Virus record (IMG/VR): IMGVR_UViG_3300005077_000489
Span: 32,001-96,000 of that record
Reading direction: 5' to 3' (one strand)
Length of the DNA stretch: 64,000 bases
From: a virus
Taxonomy: Duplodnaviria > Caudoviricetes
This document shows positions 60,901 to 64,000 of this stretch, piece after piece. Made by a program: the position numbers and the translations under genes. How positions within the stretch are numbered: the first letter of the stretch is position 1; every line of letters starts with the position of its first letter. A model generated the notes under the pieces. It was not told the DNA's origin, made no database searches, and worked only from the letters and a program-made list of their open reading frames with translations.

Positions 60901-63900
60901 GGAGAGGTCTCAGGGAAGCCAGAGTATCATTATCATCTTCCCAAGGCTTAGCAGAGGAACGCGACAGAGTCTTAGGAAGTATGGGCGAAGAGAGTTCTTA
61001 TAAGTCTTTAGTGTCCAGACAGATAGAATTCAATGATTTACAGAGCAAGGCTCTTAATAAAAGTATAGAATTATTACCCCAATTAGCCGATGGTTATGAT
61101 GCCTTTGGTAATGCCATAATGAATACAAATATAAATGCCAGAATCCTCCTGGAGACTATGGATGACCAATTGCGTGTAGCACAAGACATGGAAAAAGTTG
61201 ACTTAGCTAAGTTAATGACAGAAAAATTATTTCCTGTCGATTCGGTAGGGAAAACAATAAGAGATAGTTTACGTTCTATTTTGAGTATAATTCCTAGTGC
61301 GGGAGAACAATGGGCGGAAGCATTATTCCCTTCCTCTGCCTTTGAGAAACAGCAGCGTTTACTAACAAAGATGGGTGGGCAGAGAGAAATGGCTTCTCTA
61401 TATGGTAATATACCGATGCCACCCTTTATGTCTAATTCTCTAAAACAAATGCATCGGGAATTAACAAAAGTAAATTCCGAATTAGATGTGGAACTTAAGA
61501 AAATAGGAGATAGATTACTTTCCGTAAGCAGGGAGACTTCCCCCAAACAATTCCTAGATATGTTGGCACAACCGGAGTTCGATAAATATTTAGAAGTGTC
61601 TGGTGGTAGAAATATGCATATTCAAAGGCAATTAGCTGATGAATTCTTTGGTGGAAATGTAGGAGAATTGCAACGTGCATTACTACCTACTACCAGTGAG
61701 CCAAGAGCACTATGGAGACGCCGCGAGTTTGGTATCACTGGTGGCGGTATAGCGGATGCTTTGGGATTACCTAGTTCTTATAGAGTTAAATCTCCAGTAA
61801 GAGACCCGTTTGGTAGTGCTTACAGGGAGCTATCCAGTCCTACAAGATATATGTTAGAACAGTTCAATCCACAAATAGTTTCTATTGGTCAGTGGTTAAA
61901 TGATGGATATAATGCTTTAGGGCAAACTGTTACGGAGTCTTTTATAGGGGCACTAAAAACAGCCTTCAAAGCCCTTGATGTTACTGAACGAATCTCTAGA
62001 GAAGTCGGGGTAACATTATCAATGATAGGAGAACAAGGTGGATTACGACAAACATTTGTTTTGATTGGTAAAGATATTCAAGCGATAGCACTTACTATAA
62101 AAGAGTCCTTTCTCAGAAGTATTGATGATTTGGGGGCAATGGTTTCTCGCGGTGCCAGAGCAATAGCAGGGGACGAAATAGCTAATGCATTTAATAAGTG
62201 GGTAGAAGAAGCAACCAAGAATACAAAAATTGCCATAGACTCATGGATAATATGGTCTAAATCTGCAGGACAAGCAATACAACGCTCTTCTTTTGGGAGA
62301 GAATATAGTAATATCACCGCAGGTGGTAATCTGGGAGACATATATTCCAGGGCTAGTACTAAGGGTATGTTGGGAGATGTATATGCTGGTTTTGGAAATG
62401 TACGAACTGCTATTAGTGACCAGTGGTGGACCGGGAAAACATTTCCTATACAGGGTTATAGACCACCAGAATATAATTGGTGGCGTAGTGGGTATGAAAG
62501 GCGTATAGGTATAAATAAACCTGAACAAGTTTTTAGTGTAGATGTAGCATCTCTATTTACCAAGGGTTTAGGTTCTGACTTCTTGTCTACTATTCTTACC
62601 TCAATAAGCCCGTCACTTAATTTGCTTATTCGATCTAGGTATCAAGCAACTCCGCAAGAAACATATGCTAGGGAGCAAGCGGAGATGGCACGCGGAGAAG
62701 CACCGGGTTACTACACTCCTCCTAGAGAGATGTACCTTAGAAGAGACTTGAATGCTCTTGGAGTAACCGCTGTCTTAGATGAAATAAGTGTTGCATTAAC
62801 ATCCTTCTCTACTATGTGGAGAGACTACGGCGATATAATGCGGCAAGAGTACGGTTTTATACCTGAAGGACTAAAGACATTAAAGAATATGTGGCTACTT
62901 GGTGTCAAAGAGACTGGTTATAGTGCATATGAGACAACTACACAAGAGGTTCTTCCTAATATGATGAAGATATATCCTCCACTTCATCTTACATATAATT
63001 TGATGAAGCCAATGAAAGAATTCGTAGAGTATTTGACCTTTATTCCTGCAGCTATAAAAACTGTGGCTGGTGAAGTAGTAAAAGCTGGTGGAGTATATAT
63101 GCAGGGTAGAAAAGAAGTCGGAATAGAACTAGAACCAATATTTTCTATCTTAGAGAAATATCTTGGAGGAGTTGCTGCCCCCGCTGGGTTCCTCTCTGTA
63201 GACATAATGCGACTCTTGTCCAGGATATTTGTTGATTATCCGAAGGATGAGATTACTAAAAGAATAGTGGAGAAGGAAATTGCACCAGGGGAATTTGGAC
63301 CTAGGAAATCTTTCGGTCAGCTAAGTTTCAGAGAATTATTTACATATTTAGTTACAGGAGTTCGACCCTCTGCTCCTGGTACTGTTCCTACTGTAGTAAC
63401 TCCTGGTGTACGTGCTCCTACACCTGCCGAAAGGGCGGAAGAGACGGCAAGGAGACAAGCAATAACAGATGAGAATTGGAGAAGGCGAAGAGACCGCGGT
63501 GAAAGAATAGTTGACGATTGGATGGAAAGTTGGAGAAATGCTACTGTGAGTACCAGTAGGGCACTTGCTTCTTGGTCTGATATAGTTATGGCTTTCTCCA
63601 ATGATGTAGGAATTTCTATAAAAGATGTGTCTGGTATGGCGAGAGAATACATATCGCAAGTTCAGGGTAATCAAACTAAATATACCAAACAAGTACGTTC
63701 TTTTGTAGAGCAAGCATATGACAATTTATTGAATACTTCTATTAAAGCATATCAGAACGTACAAACGGCACCTATTAGAGAAATGTATGATAAAATAGTA
63801 GGACAAATTTCTGACAGGATTTCTACCGCTACAGAAGGTATAGACACTACTGCTCTGAGAGAGGGTATAAGTAAGTATATGAATAAGGCGGTAGAAGGGG

Positions 63901-64000
63901 GTAGAACGGGTACCACGGAGCTCTCCAAAATATTACAAGAACAGGGTATAGATGTTTCTAAGTTATCTGCTGATAGATTACAACCTATAGTTGATCTTAT
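42903..64000 (+). CDS. Giant tape-measure polyprotein (at least 7030 aa, incomplete at window end) with RNA polymerase, ligase, phosphoesterase, RNase H, GNAT and zincin domains
   Basis: GTG 42903 with GGAG 10 nt upstream; MAEEYTFNIKLKIDVD start. No stop found in the many segments hand-translated up to 64000, and the track lists no terminated long ORF here. Domains are listed below. Confidence 0.9.
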   Translation, partial: MAEEYTFNIKLKIDVDDSKVYKLKELSDKTNDVLRNINMSHVKGLGSSMSFGTSDKDIQVFNRIKQEVQNLEGYIDRLKSDRMFTPAYIDDATKKFSKDYDRKQLKEDLKKEMQMERDRLYHSITHATDSMKRSLEQQRKEFIDLHNTLKQIKKPTDISTFSGERVTLRPERSLKEMTAPDIFTRDLELMINKLLLKPKAELGKEILKVKEYMDDVYSEINTALDKVGYESHRRAQEEVGRLRLKIEGLATAGDIDQITRNVESSLKSGDLLNQVKKMREEIVKASTEFAKELGDETDKTRKSFANFQRSIIFAFNKPQFFDPAGELFRDVQSLSQRKGIGSPYGGRYVGAPRIKFDEGGIAKYELFDVKALARETAKLMSVAGLKQALKADLDSSLQDALNKYLDANKISKKIETLVSYSIKDLQKIQLDLLRFAEKEVARRIGDEETKRRIEVFNKYLESITKQALVLPSIAKSSRGASIIRDPERGEYLTLGRYLETKPGINELDDRFIRPLLDYVKRMNYRTQDIPSQVKNIQRTVKDFWVRSRPQEEHGVGVGMELAAREMVGRMKTAFDTVGSFLEQTRGPKARRALTGIDELKQQFMVDYEKALREAVRATHERVAKEEIVTGAKRLPPDLESRFREALNSLQGKGPRYQLLPEQVVGFLRKESEKVARQIESLPIDKLEDELNRIGQREKNVVGGTDYDARAWQRVLEEFSRYRNVDFYNMLNRAASYSKDSINELEKIRNSLSSAGRLGNESYFQELLQQQFKKVFDPIKEKVPEEHEAMQKHEVYGRHKVITIQPKIPGIDAGPSSYGVPVDLQALRRFIVQRNLDMEELFEKEYLRGTEAAMRKLGTTIERLATVGLNEAAAAGKRDFGDKFMESFFRGKRLQPFASYDPRETEAFGYSINPARPTGAAWDSLAGPEFNAIRSRKAHKFIRSGEWGPYGTGLNVTTVLKDVSAGYEDLYEIGKRLQELATFKFKKLVVPNLKGTEEELKNSVVKYLQEVGHDIFGAPIKSKELADETYIKDIVKRWAQSPQGPIEENIVELINTYLGHEARKISTGQVLKGVASTAFTRFGTEVEESVREKAKKGLYPKIKFMDVGELSDVPKSFEELISELLLVRKDLDPAKVSKALEMIKGTQNMIMMSSDHLKQLKISPIEYGTGRIMGEDAPSLEERRNFVGNLLGINLTSKEALRSAGDITAQVKMLEQDMERIRRLYKESTGGDLNKEVPVDLRILASGIGKKSRMIGGNLAEIIANNIIGNLRSRPLEGETLMEQIQRSPLAKVLVENTASGREVMKLAELYKGALGLRGKYGEEFIYKQNDALEKAVAGMMHVMIMKEPKGWVPKGAAELEAGLSKMTIDPHGWFGLKKLFDPQGALTREFTMRAFPEAREAGAFLSAFRSFAKLREEEMTRAVKTGKVRMVGEKQLVDEDREDYIAPLKRKATVADLSRTIFDPFKYGPSMALELPEPSEDMKRLIEEEIKEGIKKGIQVMPVKRLVEIPEISARQYVTSETGEVLPSTVSRYLSELVDATRKYHILGSRTNDINKLDMQREFVGTAIGDFYNRIHPIRDLSVKLDLLSKLEEQVFSLVGSKPMPQFSGKSSVIADAQDPTKVWFPTMYSRLDDETKKSLEEDMRKGISIKDAYNKYFKELEQSVSNINFRARFLRDLITGPVIYTKGKEDIGREVKTDISEGNDPRYQNINLVQDKMLSDIITNFKQYEAETDAYGKTIGIKSRSLLDLQYNEIRRNLKEYYDELSNMIFGRGILSDVVLKKKIPALYLTAQQRPYDPSEAIKSAIDKLNKFKTEVPNAEELKTDLDKALRDVETFKVTKPSQWVRPGEVRIGERDLKELQKAGMATPELQKSVDSVYALINRQPTTDEFSYKAMRLTVDDALKDLSGIAVVPGLPIGDYPVSSKMEEAYKALEDLRSKKVKAIEEELSKSKGKMTSTVTKLQRDIDEIDRASKDLRPMYHEASLGLDYDGDMISIHAATVKEANEELKRIHDMQMKEYGTTRRFLHEQLSYVPESKRSMGAKGTELSDEEIMAVEKMRRSASPTWQEMDIVSDISKQAKKNLLDIHATTLPEIAEDSLKHFVHKVDMGQGYEAFNRIGFLYRGATAKDLGITPKLHETYNLLLGEFLRDTIQKVIGGKHGSAGSDMSPIVQQAFFTGNIDAVVDALDKGDGGWGSFKGQSGSNQPLFQEIEDNLREYRLRYLKPMSRDQVKKEAESYGISTFMKGREQLIEEIVGKTSFRAMFENVFDQVRRMAVANIKELYRTGLAGDSSLSKKGSMGLAKLLAGTEGFEGETLQTLGLRTKFKFNEGDFEAFVDKQDVTDKIMGVLKDKLGNVSKQEMAFQIAAAGEGIAKVLRGEPGKLKTEIIEPGFSTAGLYRGLQPMYKLKSSGGAEMAVSSYSKRSEGENQYTPGGPALSYAEVLDYVLRNKAGKNIEVGPSLGTFTNPREQKAYEFVSPAIQAYEDFEKAYNKIMLVMDKNLYALEGLLAQVQTFGKETAGFKGESARAGRYVMYDKDTQQVFLDSAVKSAFEDNKRALSLARNAGEAKEAEDKLFDTVRRVNELLKRGAALKFIDIDESRRADNLRSTIDKLADPSSRWSLKVDSLLERMVYDKKEFGTLIRKWLADVGRGDLLDRSNVEITAELRKHKGIRKEALEEAASYIISGKGNIAIGLRPLIRDARSVDIKEEISKGLIGKIRSEDFSKSFSPLFMESWKEAVMRNAQTLSASDWRSIYKAHPVLRDMQAPGTSSYEDVIKQLRSEGIYGGSRGVTHFINNILKERQGQILEHLGVEKPEDWETLRLSQVENKMKSGILEAAESTRWPFRPRAGGGVYLEDILDKPVHKVREDVENIFDSAFDLSPEDWKQIFNFDEKAQKIAMNAEEPLKALYEAGMYGENRGYTRYINMIFKKRMEHILNELGQEAPDFYTMRFQKSKQEFLSSLEEAALDNLLKGTPSTGGPFGGKRFTPGEAFGERAPENIRRASRGFVPADYPHIKPIYDFPKFLDTESSVQYKSHGDQVKMSAVPLRWGNIEIGYGTKNKPLDPATANARYRPFIEATQDLVPVMKDWVKENKHRIDLYGEFGGLKDKLVWFDAKVANKTLSPDDFKKLAEELNLKTTEELYRGPVTKEIVDKVYRQVTPFRKLEEGVVAKGLEIDERTGFPRMAKFKTKPYLVGEETRYPWQDWGSAERKIEERHKKLMERAFSPFDNIEEGIEQDPTRSFTPTEAQRREGLYPENWPVVETTKKRVEEYLKGLDDKFYQSAERAKEFPKGTKFLVQAPGVEPIPSYAKDAVVISKEELRKTIFGKGMPDLPYDPVLVLNSRRQVPRYPEAIPISKERGFMFPGEAKEGDVGRFVIHQHDALRAGPHHDMRIELGGQLQSWAVPEFIPEKMGERRLAIGPTAHHAIDYYQKGDYDIPKGFYGAGHMSTFDTGKATVESVKEGYVTVRLEGVKGLADGTYSIIKYEPKGEDTRKGQWLVSKVRPLSERDPERAKKLYGFSPSIELDDELGAGEGRYGQGNIRLFTPGNRAEMRAFMNVLQHEKGHAAIDFAAPNIARDIMAGKQFPGVDTKKLQSYYMQKYGDRGDDEEAAANALEEAIAGGLRTDEDQEILDEISKLQDVIGEKAGMAFAGTSPQNELSYIRKLFSPVQQPYTVYTDAGSRGNPGPGGAGAVVFDPQGKKVSELSRYLGETTSMAAEYQGLIMGLEEALKHSAKNIQLKSDSQVMVGQMREEFRVKNEQIKELKRQADLLKAQFEGFNIDYIPREQNKLADKLANRAMDSYLKSYSPAEDDVDRFGSPIIYDYNKLTSSPNWLPRGMTAKAVSAAVNGQFIGAASYSTASPEYTGFGELSIKPEYRRSSRVAGNLMEKVIIDLINSGNFKHTRPLTPVADTPEAISFWESIIKRTQKPSRNIKEAFLANNVTPDDLSMVAGRLQAEIDITKASKFTDVIKRIIEEPHNLGEELSKLTETNQAKVIRATQAVLAKTNDASYPKIGIKPTAFSEGLDFKSKLRSEITSLYNYGKEGAKLFFGSSGSGSSITEFTKNIARGIWDDLGRLGKFSLGTMRGLRAYAPVEDLVRSGEIKIDDTPFRARGLTSERVRNYLGRGYAVGMGGGGNIYMPPDIIQSYQNATGGLKQQYGQSIMKTYFHEKRHLDIDAAPEKIKEKWRQLASDKNTDIGKLVSSFINEAMLSTSRDVYKKQFEDAQKKYGENIGSDFLNSFAARWEALQEIIAGHPEMRSASSNQQLVQKIRSDFYGDVNKPIPGFGPSASAFSPNLTDYKNFKNIKKGYEEESDTGLLHKKKVALKFGIPPLKGLLGEDIDISESLQYLMHPAMRERRLMGLPQRMIDSRNPYLAGMLRKGFGAGAGLSLEGELGVGPYKVELGGVGFGRYGKKDEEFFADKPSEIIGLSSLEPVKRPIDYVGLSPGAEHGLLAALRANTNALLRSSFITKDMPVGLLPTIMQDITKAYRVPATDETLGSAFRKFFGGTYDLAKGTMKGAIGLPYTLIKSPLDIFKSGKDTDSRFWTGVGQQFNGISAGLSELSTYKSGAFLDTDLKSAYSTKSKSIYDIKNIVDMEYDKLVRKLEFGLAVMEPADLKRNISDVFTAYSDTMDNMFKNPSKALAEEAAKQKAILESVLGNQWETPPATQRLIRGGATLGHGVSSIYNRLLKTLEEIGYATGGVGKGVGYLATHPKDILPGIMSSIRGLLPGKDITGVGLLGETSRQLEQIYGTGMLRTSDVVKLAGYGVSPEQKVGGLLSRASKYQPVTAADRAMREVLGLRETGAIVGDITNTKGILGALGHVVVKPISAIGETMTDMGKAFGSFNLVEMVKAPLIGLLKLAPVIGHTVAGVQEFREEVEKGASPYTSFVSEVGEQIIEGITIALGAAAGTRVGRPAAAGLASIGGRGPMAAAKYLPIATGIIGSILGGIGGGRIGESFEKGMFSMVGQTSPKSVARSIWEQERDKRSLEEEGLDKILPDYLDESKKEELANMQKWLVRGGVVGGLYGGMKVPLQGGTLSRLVSMVAGPTLGYLGAKKLGDVTMGRASEKAREDYMEKTLGFRSFSPLSSQEKWDIPREIRGVTSEKLKGKTLDEIISTFKELQSETFSGSNLDKQKLLTSQKAVTQFMSEIYLSRIEELRDQLNVAAKSGNQNLMAKLRAEIDRYIVFYIGNVLKSSTGAHAAADAFRVRSIGGFVGSEDYEARSTGRPQSFDEVISLDKFLERGLSGVSRKAVNLLRNLSDTGASPRSIYQEIMPGILKSSTNIPRDVTAVHTYLKSVVHELGQTPDVNIDQYRYWKSLEEYFRATAKQYRGSSRFDFGDLRSAAPITPVGLRPEDQETFNAKTVDYYKKMLQANPMFKEGATVPLELKVTDEAGNALKNIRVDLTKTKHAADGVSMSITDMNKVMAQKNTLFGAVELTSRFILAGATVGGLVNELRTMASTIAQVESGMMELRKVMEPSITNFDEIRNSALNMAKEMGVGINDVIQSMVVFGQQGDTQAQVIEKARTSVMAAAITDMKAAEVTEYLTSAVKQYGEEIKETQRFLDSWIKVDVQHAITATELSKAMLRVGSAAKEAGVGFHELNGIVTGIGSVTRQTGREVGTALRFIFRNLQTTQVKNYLRNILNIDTLLPSGSIKPAMKIFDELQAKWQNFSDAQRMHVAQLVSGARHYNAFLAMMNNYSEVLTATQDSIHSEGYAQARLNMQMDTLTKKLAQVRAASERLYVDFGKLALGPMKLVADATTSMITAFTLIPDTVKQAILALGTFAAFSGKIESVISGLQNFGVASGMSDTFSNFMSFATSPISSVMKAFSSVQGVSGLSEVTTTLGKMAFIGISAGRSFNSLFSSIGKGAGIALGSVSLLAAAVGALSDSHTGMFKLAGAFGLIGASALISSGIIGSLSGSTTGFIGSLAPLAVIATVIYKNWDKLSDVFGGVGNSIERLQKQTEGIGSITSKRLEISEITTIFGKANLLGRGLREARVSLSSSQGLAEERDRVLGSMGEESSYKSLVSRQIEFNDLQSKALNKSIELLPQLADGYDAFGNAIMNTNINARILLETMDDQLRVAQDMEKVDLAKLMTEKLFPVDSVGKTIRDSLRSILSIIPSAGEQWAEALFPSSAFEKQQRLLTKMGGQREMASLYGNIPMPPFMSNSLKQMHRELTKVNSELDVELKKIGDRLLSVSRETSPKQFLDMLAQPEFDKYLEVSGGRNMHIQRQLADEFFGGNVGELQRALLPTTSEPRALWRRREFGITGGGIADALGLPSSYRVKSPVRDPFGSAYRELSSPTRYMLEQFNPQIVSIGQWLNDGYNALGQTVTESFIGALKTAFKALDVTERISREVGVTLSMIGEQGGLRQTFVLIGKDIQAIALTIKESFLRSIDDLGAMVSRGARAIAGDEIANAFNKWVEEATKNTKIAIDSWIIWSKSAGQAIQRSSFGREYSNITAGGNLGDIYSRASTKGMLGDVYAGFGNVRTAISDQWWTGKTFPIQGYRPPEYNWWRSGYERRIGINKPEQVFSVDVASLFTKGLGSDFLSTILTSISPSLNLLIRSRYQATPQETYAREQAEMARGEAPGYYTPPREMYLRRDLNALGVTAVLDEISVALTSFSTMWRDYGDIMRQEYGFIPEGLKTLKNMWLLGVKETGYSAYETTTQEVLPNMMKIYPPLHLTYNLMKPMKEFVEYLTFIPAAIKTVAGEVVKAGGVYMQGRKEVGIELEPIFSILEKYLGGVAAPAGFLSVDIMRLLSRIFVDYPKDEITKRIVEKEIAPGEFGPRKSFGQLSFRELFTYLVTGVRPSAPGTVPTVVTPGVRAPTPAERAEETARRQAITDENWRRRRDRGERIVDDWMESWRNATVSTSRALASWSDIVMAFSNDVGISIKDVSGMAREYISQVQGNQTKYTKQVRSFVEQAYDNLLNTSIKAYQNVQTAPIREMYDKIVGQISDRISTATEGIDTTALREGISKYMNKAVEGGRTGTTELSKILQEQGIDVSKLSADRLQPIVDL
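45750..46720 (+). other. RNA polymerase beta-like double-psi barrel (within the giant ORF)
   Basis: GLNVTTVLKDVSAGYEDLYEIGKR (cf. GQN..VAFMPWNGYNFEDS); KISTGQVLKGVA (cf. KMAGRHGNKGVI, both Lys, same spacing); VPVDLRILASGIGKKSRMIGGNLAE (cf. [22 protein letters not shown]). Confidence 0.8.
47400..48900 (+). other. RNA polymerase beta-prime-like barrel with catalytic aspartates (within the giant ORF)
   Basis: LSNMIFGRGILSDVVLKKKI (cf. [21 protein letters not shown]); LINRQPT at 48543 (cf. LLNRAPT); LGLDYDGDMISIHA with DYDGD at 48867-48881 (cf. YNADFDGDQMAVHV). Confidence 0.88.
51920..52500 (+). other. ATP-dependent ligase-type nucleotidyltransferase, RNA-ligase-like (within the giant ORF)
   Basis: Motif I QYKSHG (Lys at 52008), III LYGEF, IIIa VWFD, IV EEGVVAK, V MAKFKT; no OB domain recognised after motif V. 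Confidence 0.8.
53025..53420 (+). other. LigD-type 3'-phosphoesterase domain (within the giant ORF)
   Basis: FVIHQHDALRAGPHHDMRIELGGQLQSWAVP...RRLAI..TAHHAIDY...IPKGFYGAG..STFDTG aligns with the LigD PE consensus FVVQKH..RLHYDFRLE..GVLKSWAVP..KRLA..EDHPLDY..IP.G.YGAG.V..WD.G. Confidence 0.9.
53430..53800 (+). other. Zincin-like metallopeptidase domain 1 (within the giant ORF)
   Basis: VLQHEKGHAA at 53592-53606; downstream EEAAANA. Confidence 0.55.
53925..54315 (+). other. RNase HI domain (within the giant ORF)
   Basis: YTDAGSRGNPGPGGAG, AEYQGLIMGLEEAL, KSDSQVMVGQM, IPREQNKLADKLAN; four acidic residues at 53943, 54063, 54135, 54285. Confidence 0.93.
54400..54700 (+). other. GNAT-like acetyltransferase domain (within the giant ORF)
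   Basis: VNGQFIGAA..., LSIKPEYRRSSRVAGNLM (motif A-like), EAISFWES. Confidence 0.55.
55250..55680 (+). other. Zincin-like metallopeptidase domain 2 (within the giant ORF)
   Basis: GNIYM strand, then TYFHEKRHL at 55416-55430; downstream EALQE. Confidence 0.45.
59230..60240 (+). other. TP901-family tape-measure core (within the giant ORF)
   Basis: VESGMMELRKVM..FDEIRNSALNMAKEMGV..DVIQSM..FGQQG..., ELSKAMLRVGSAAKEAGVGFHELNG, VGTALRFIF, AQLVSGARHYNAFLAMMNNY; further TMP-like LLPQLADGYDAFGNAI near 61070. Confidence 0.88.

Noticed and set aside
43199-63713. Many short minus-strand ORFs (and two short plus-strand ORFs) in the track
   Set aside because: Shadow frames of the giant + strand ORF, with no recognisable motifs
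1-64000. Stop-codon reassignment, as in some large phages
   Set aside because: Genes are full length and tightly packed under the standard code, and TAA, TAG and TGA all end genes

Overview
This window is the morphogenesis region of a large, AT-rich tailed dsDNA phage (Caudoviricetes). All credible genes are on the + strand, in the standard code. Gene order: actin-like ATPase, terminase, portal, LAGLIDADG endonuclease, prohead protease, about 17.6 kb of fibre/decoration and enzyme genes, scaffold, decoration protein, major capsid, lysis cassette, a two-component system, head-tail joining genes, major tail protein, a sulfotransferase-like gene and tail chaperones. The lysis cassette (holin, NlpC/P60 endolysin, spanins) points to a Gram-negative host. 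The main result is missing from the ORF track because it has no stop codon in the window. One reading frame starts at GTG 42903 and runs off the end (at least 7030 codons). Hand translation shows a tape-measure protein (TP901-type core near 59.2-60.2 kb). It also carries a two-barrel RNA polymerase (beta-like lysine pair and beta-prime-like DYDGD), an ATP-dependent ligase-type nucleotidyltransferase, a LigD-type 3'-phosphoesterase, an RNase HI, a GNAT domain and two HExxH zincin-like domains. This looks like an injected transcription, nucleic-acid repair and counter-defence polyprotein. Other observations are a sensor kinase/receiver pair coupled to the lysis genes, two ~70-bp IS200/IS605-type miniature elements with covarying hairpins, a possible virion glycosylation set and a candidate late-promoter motif. 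All annotations come from motif recognition by eye; no database searches were run.
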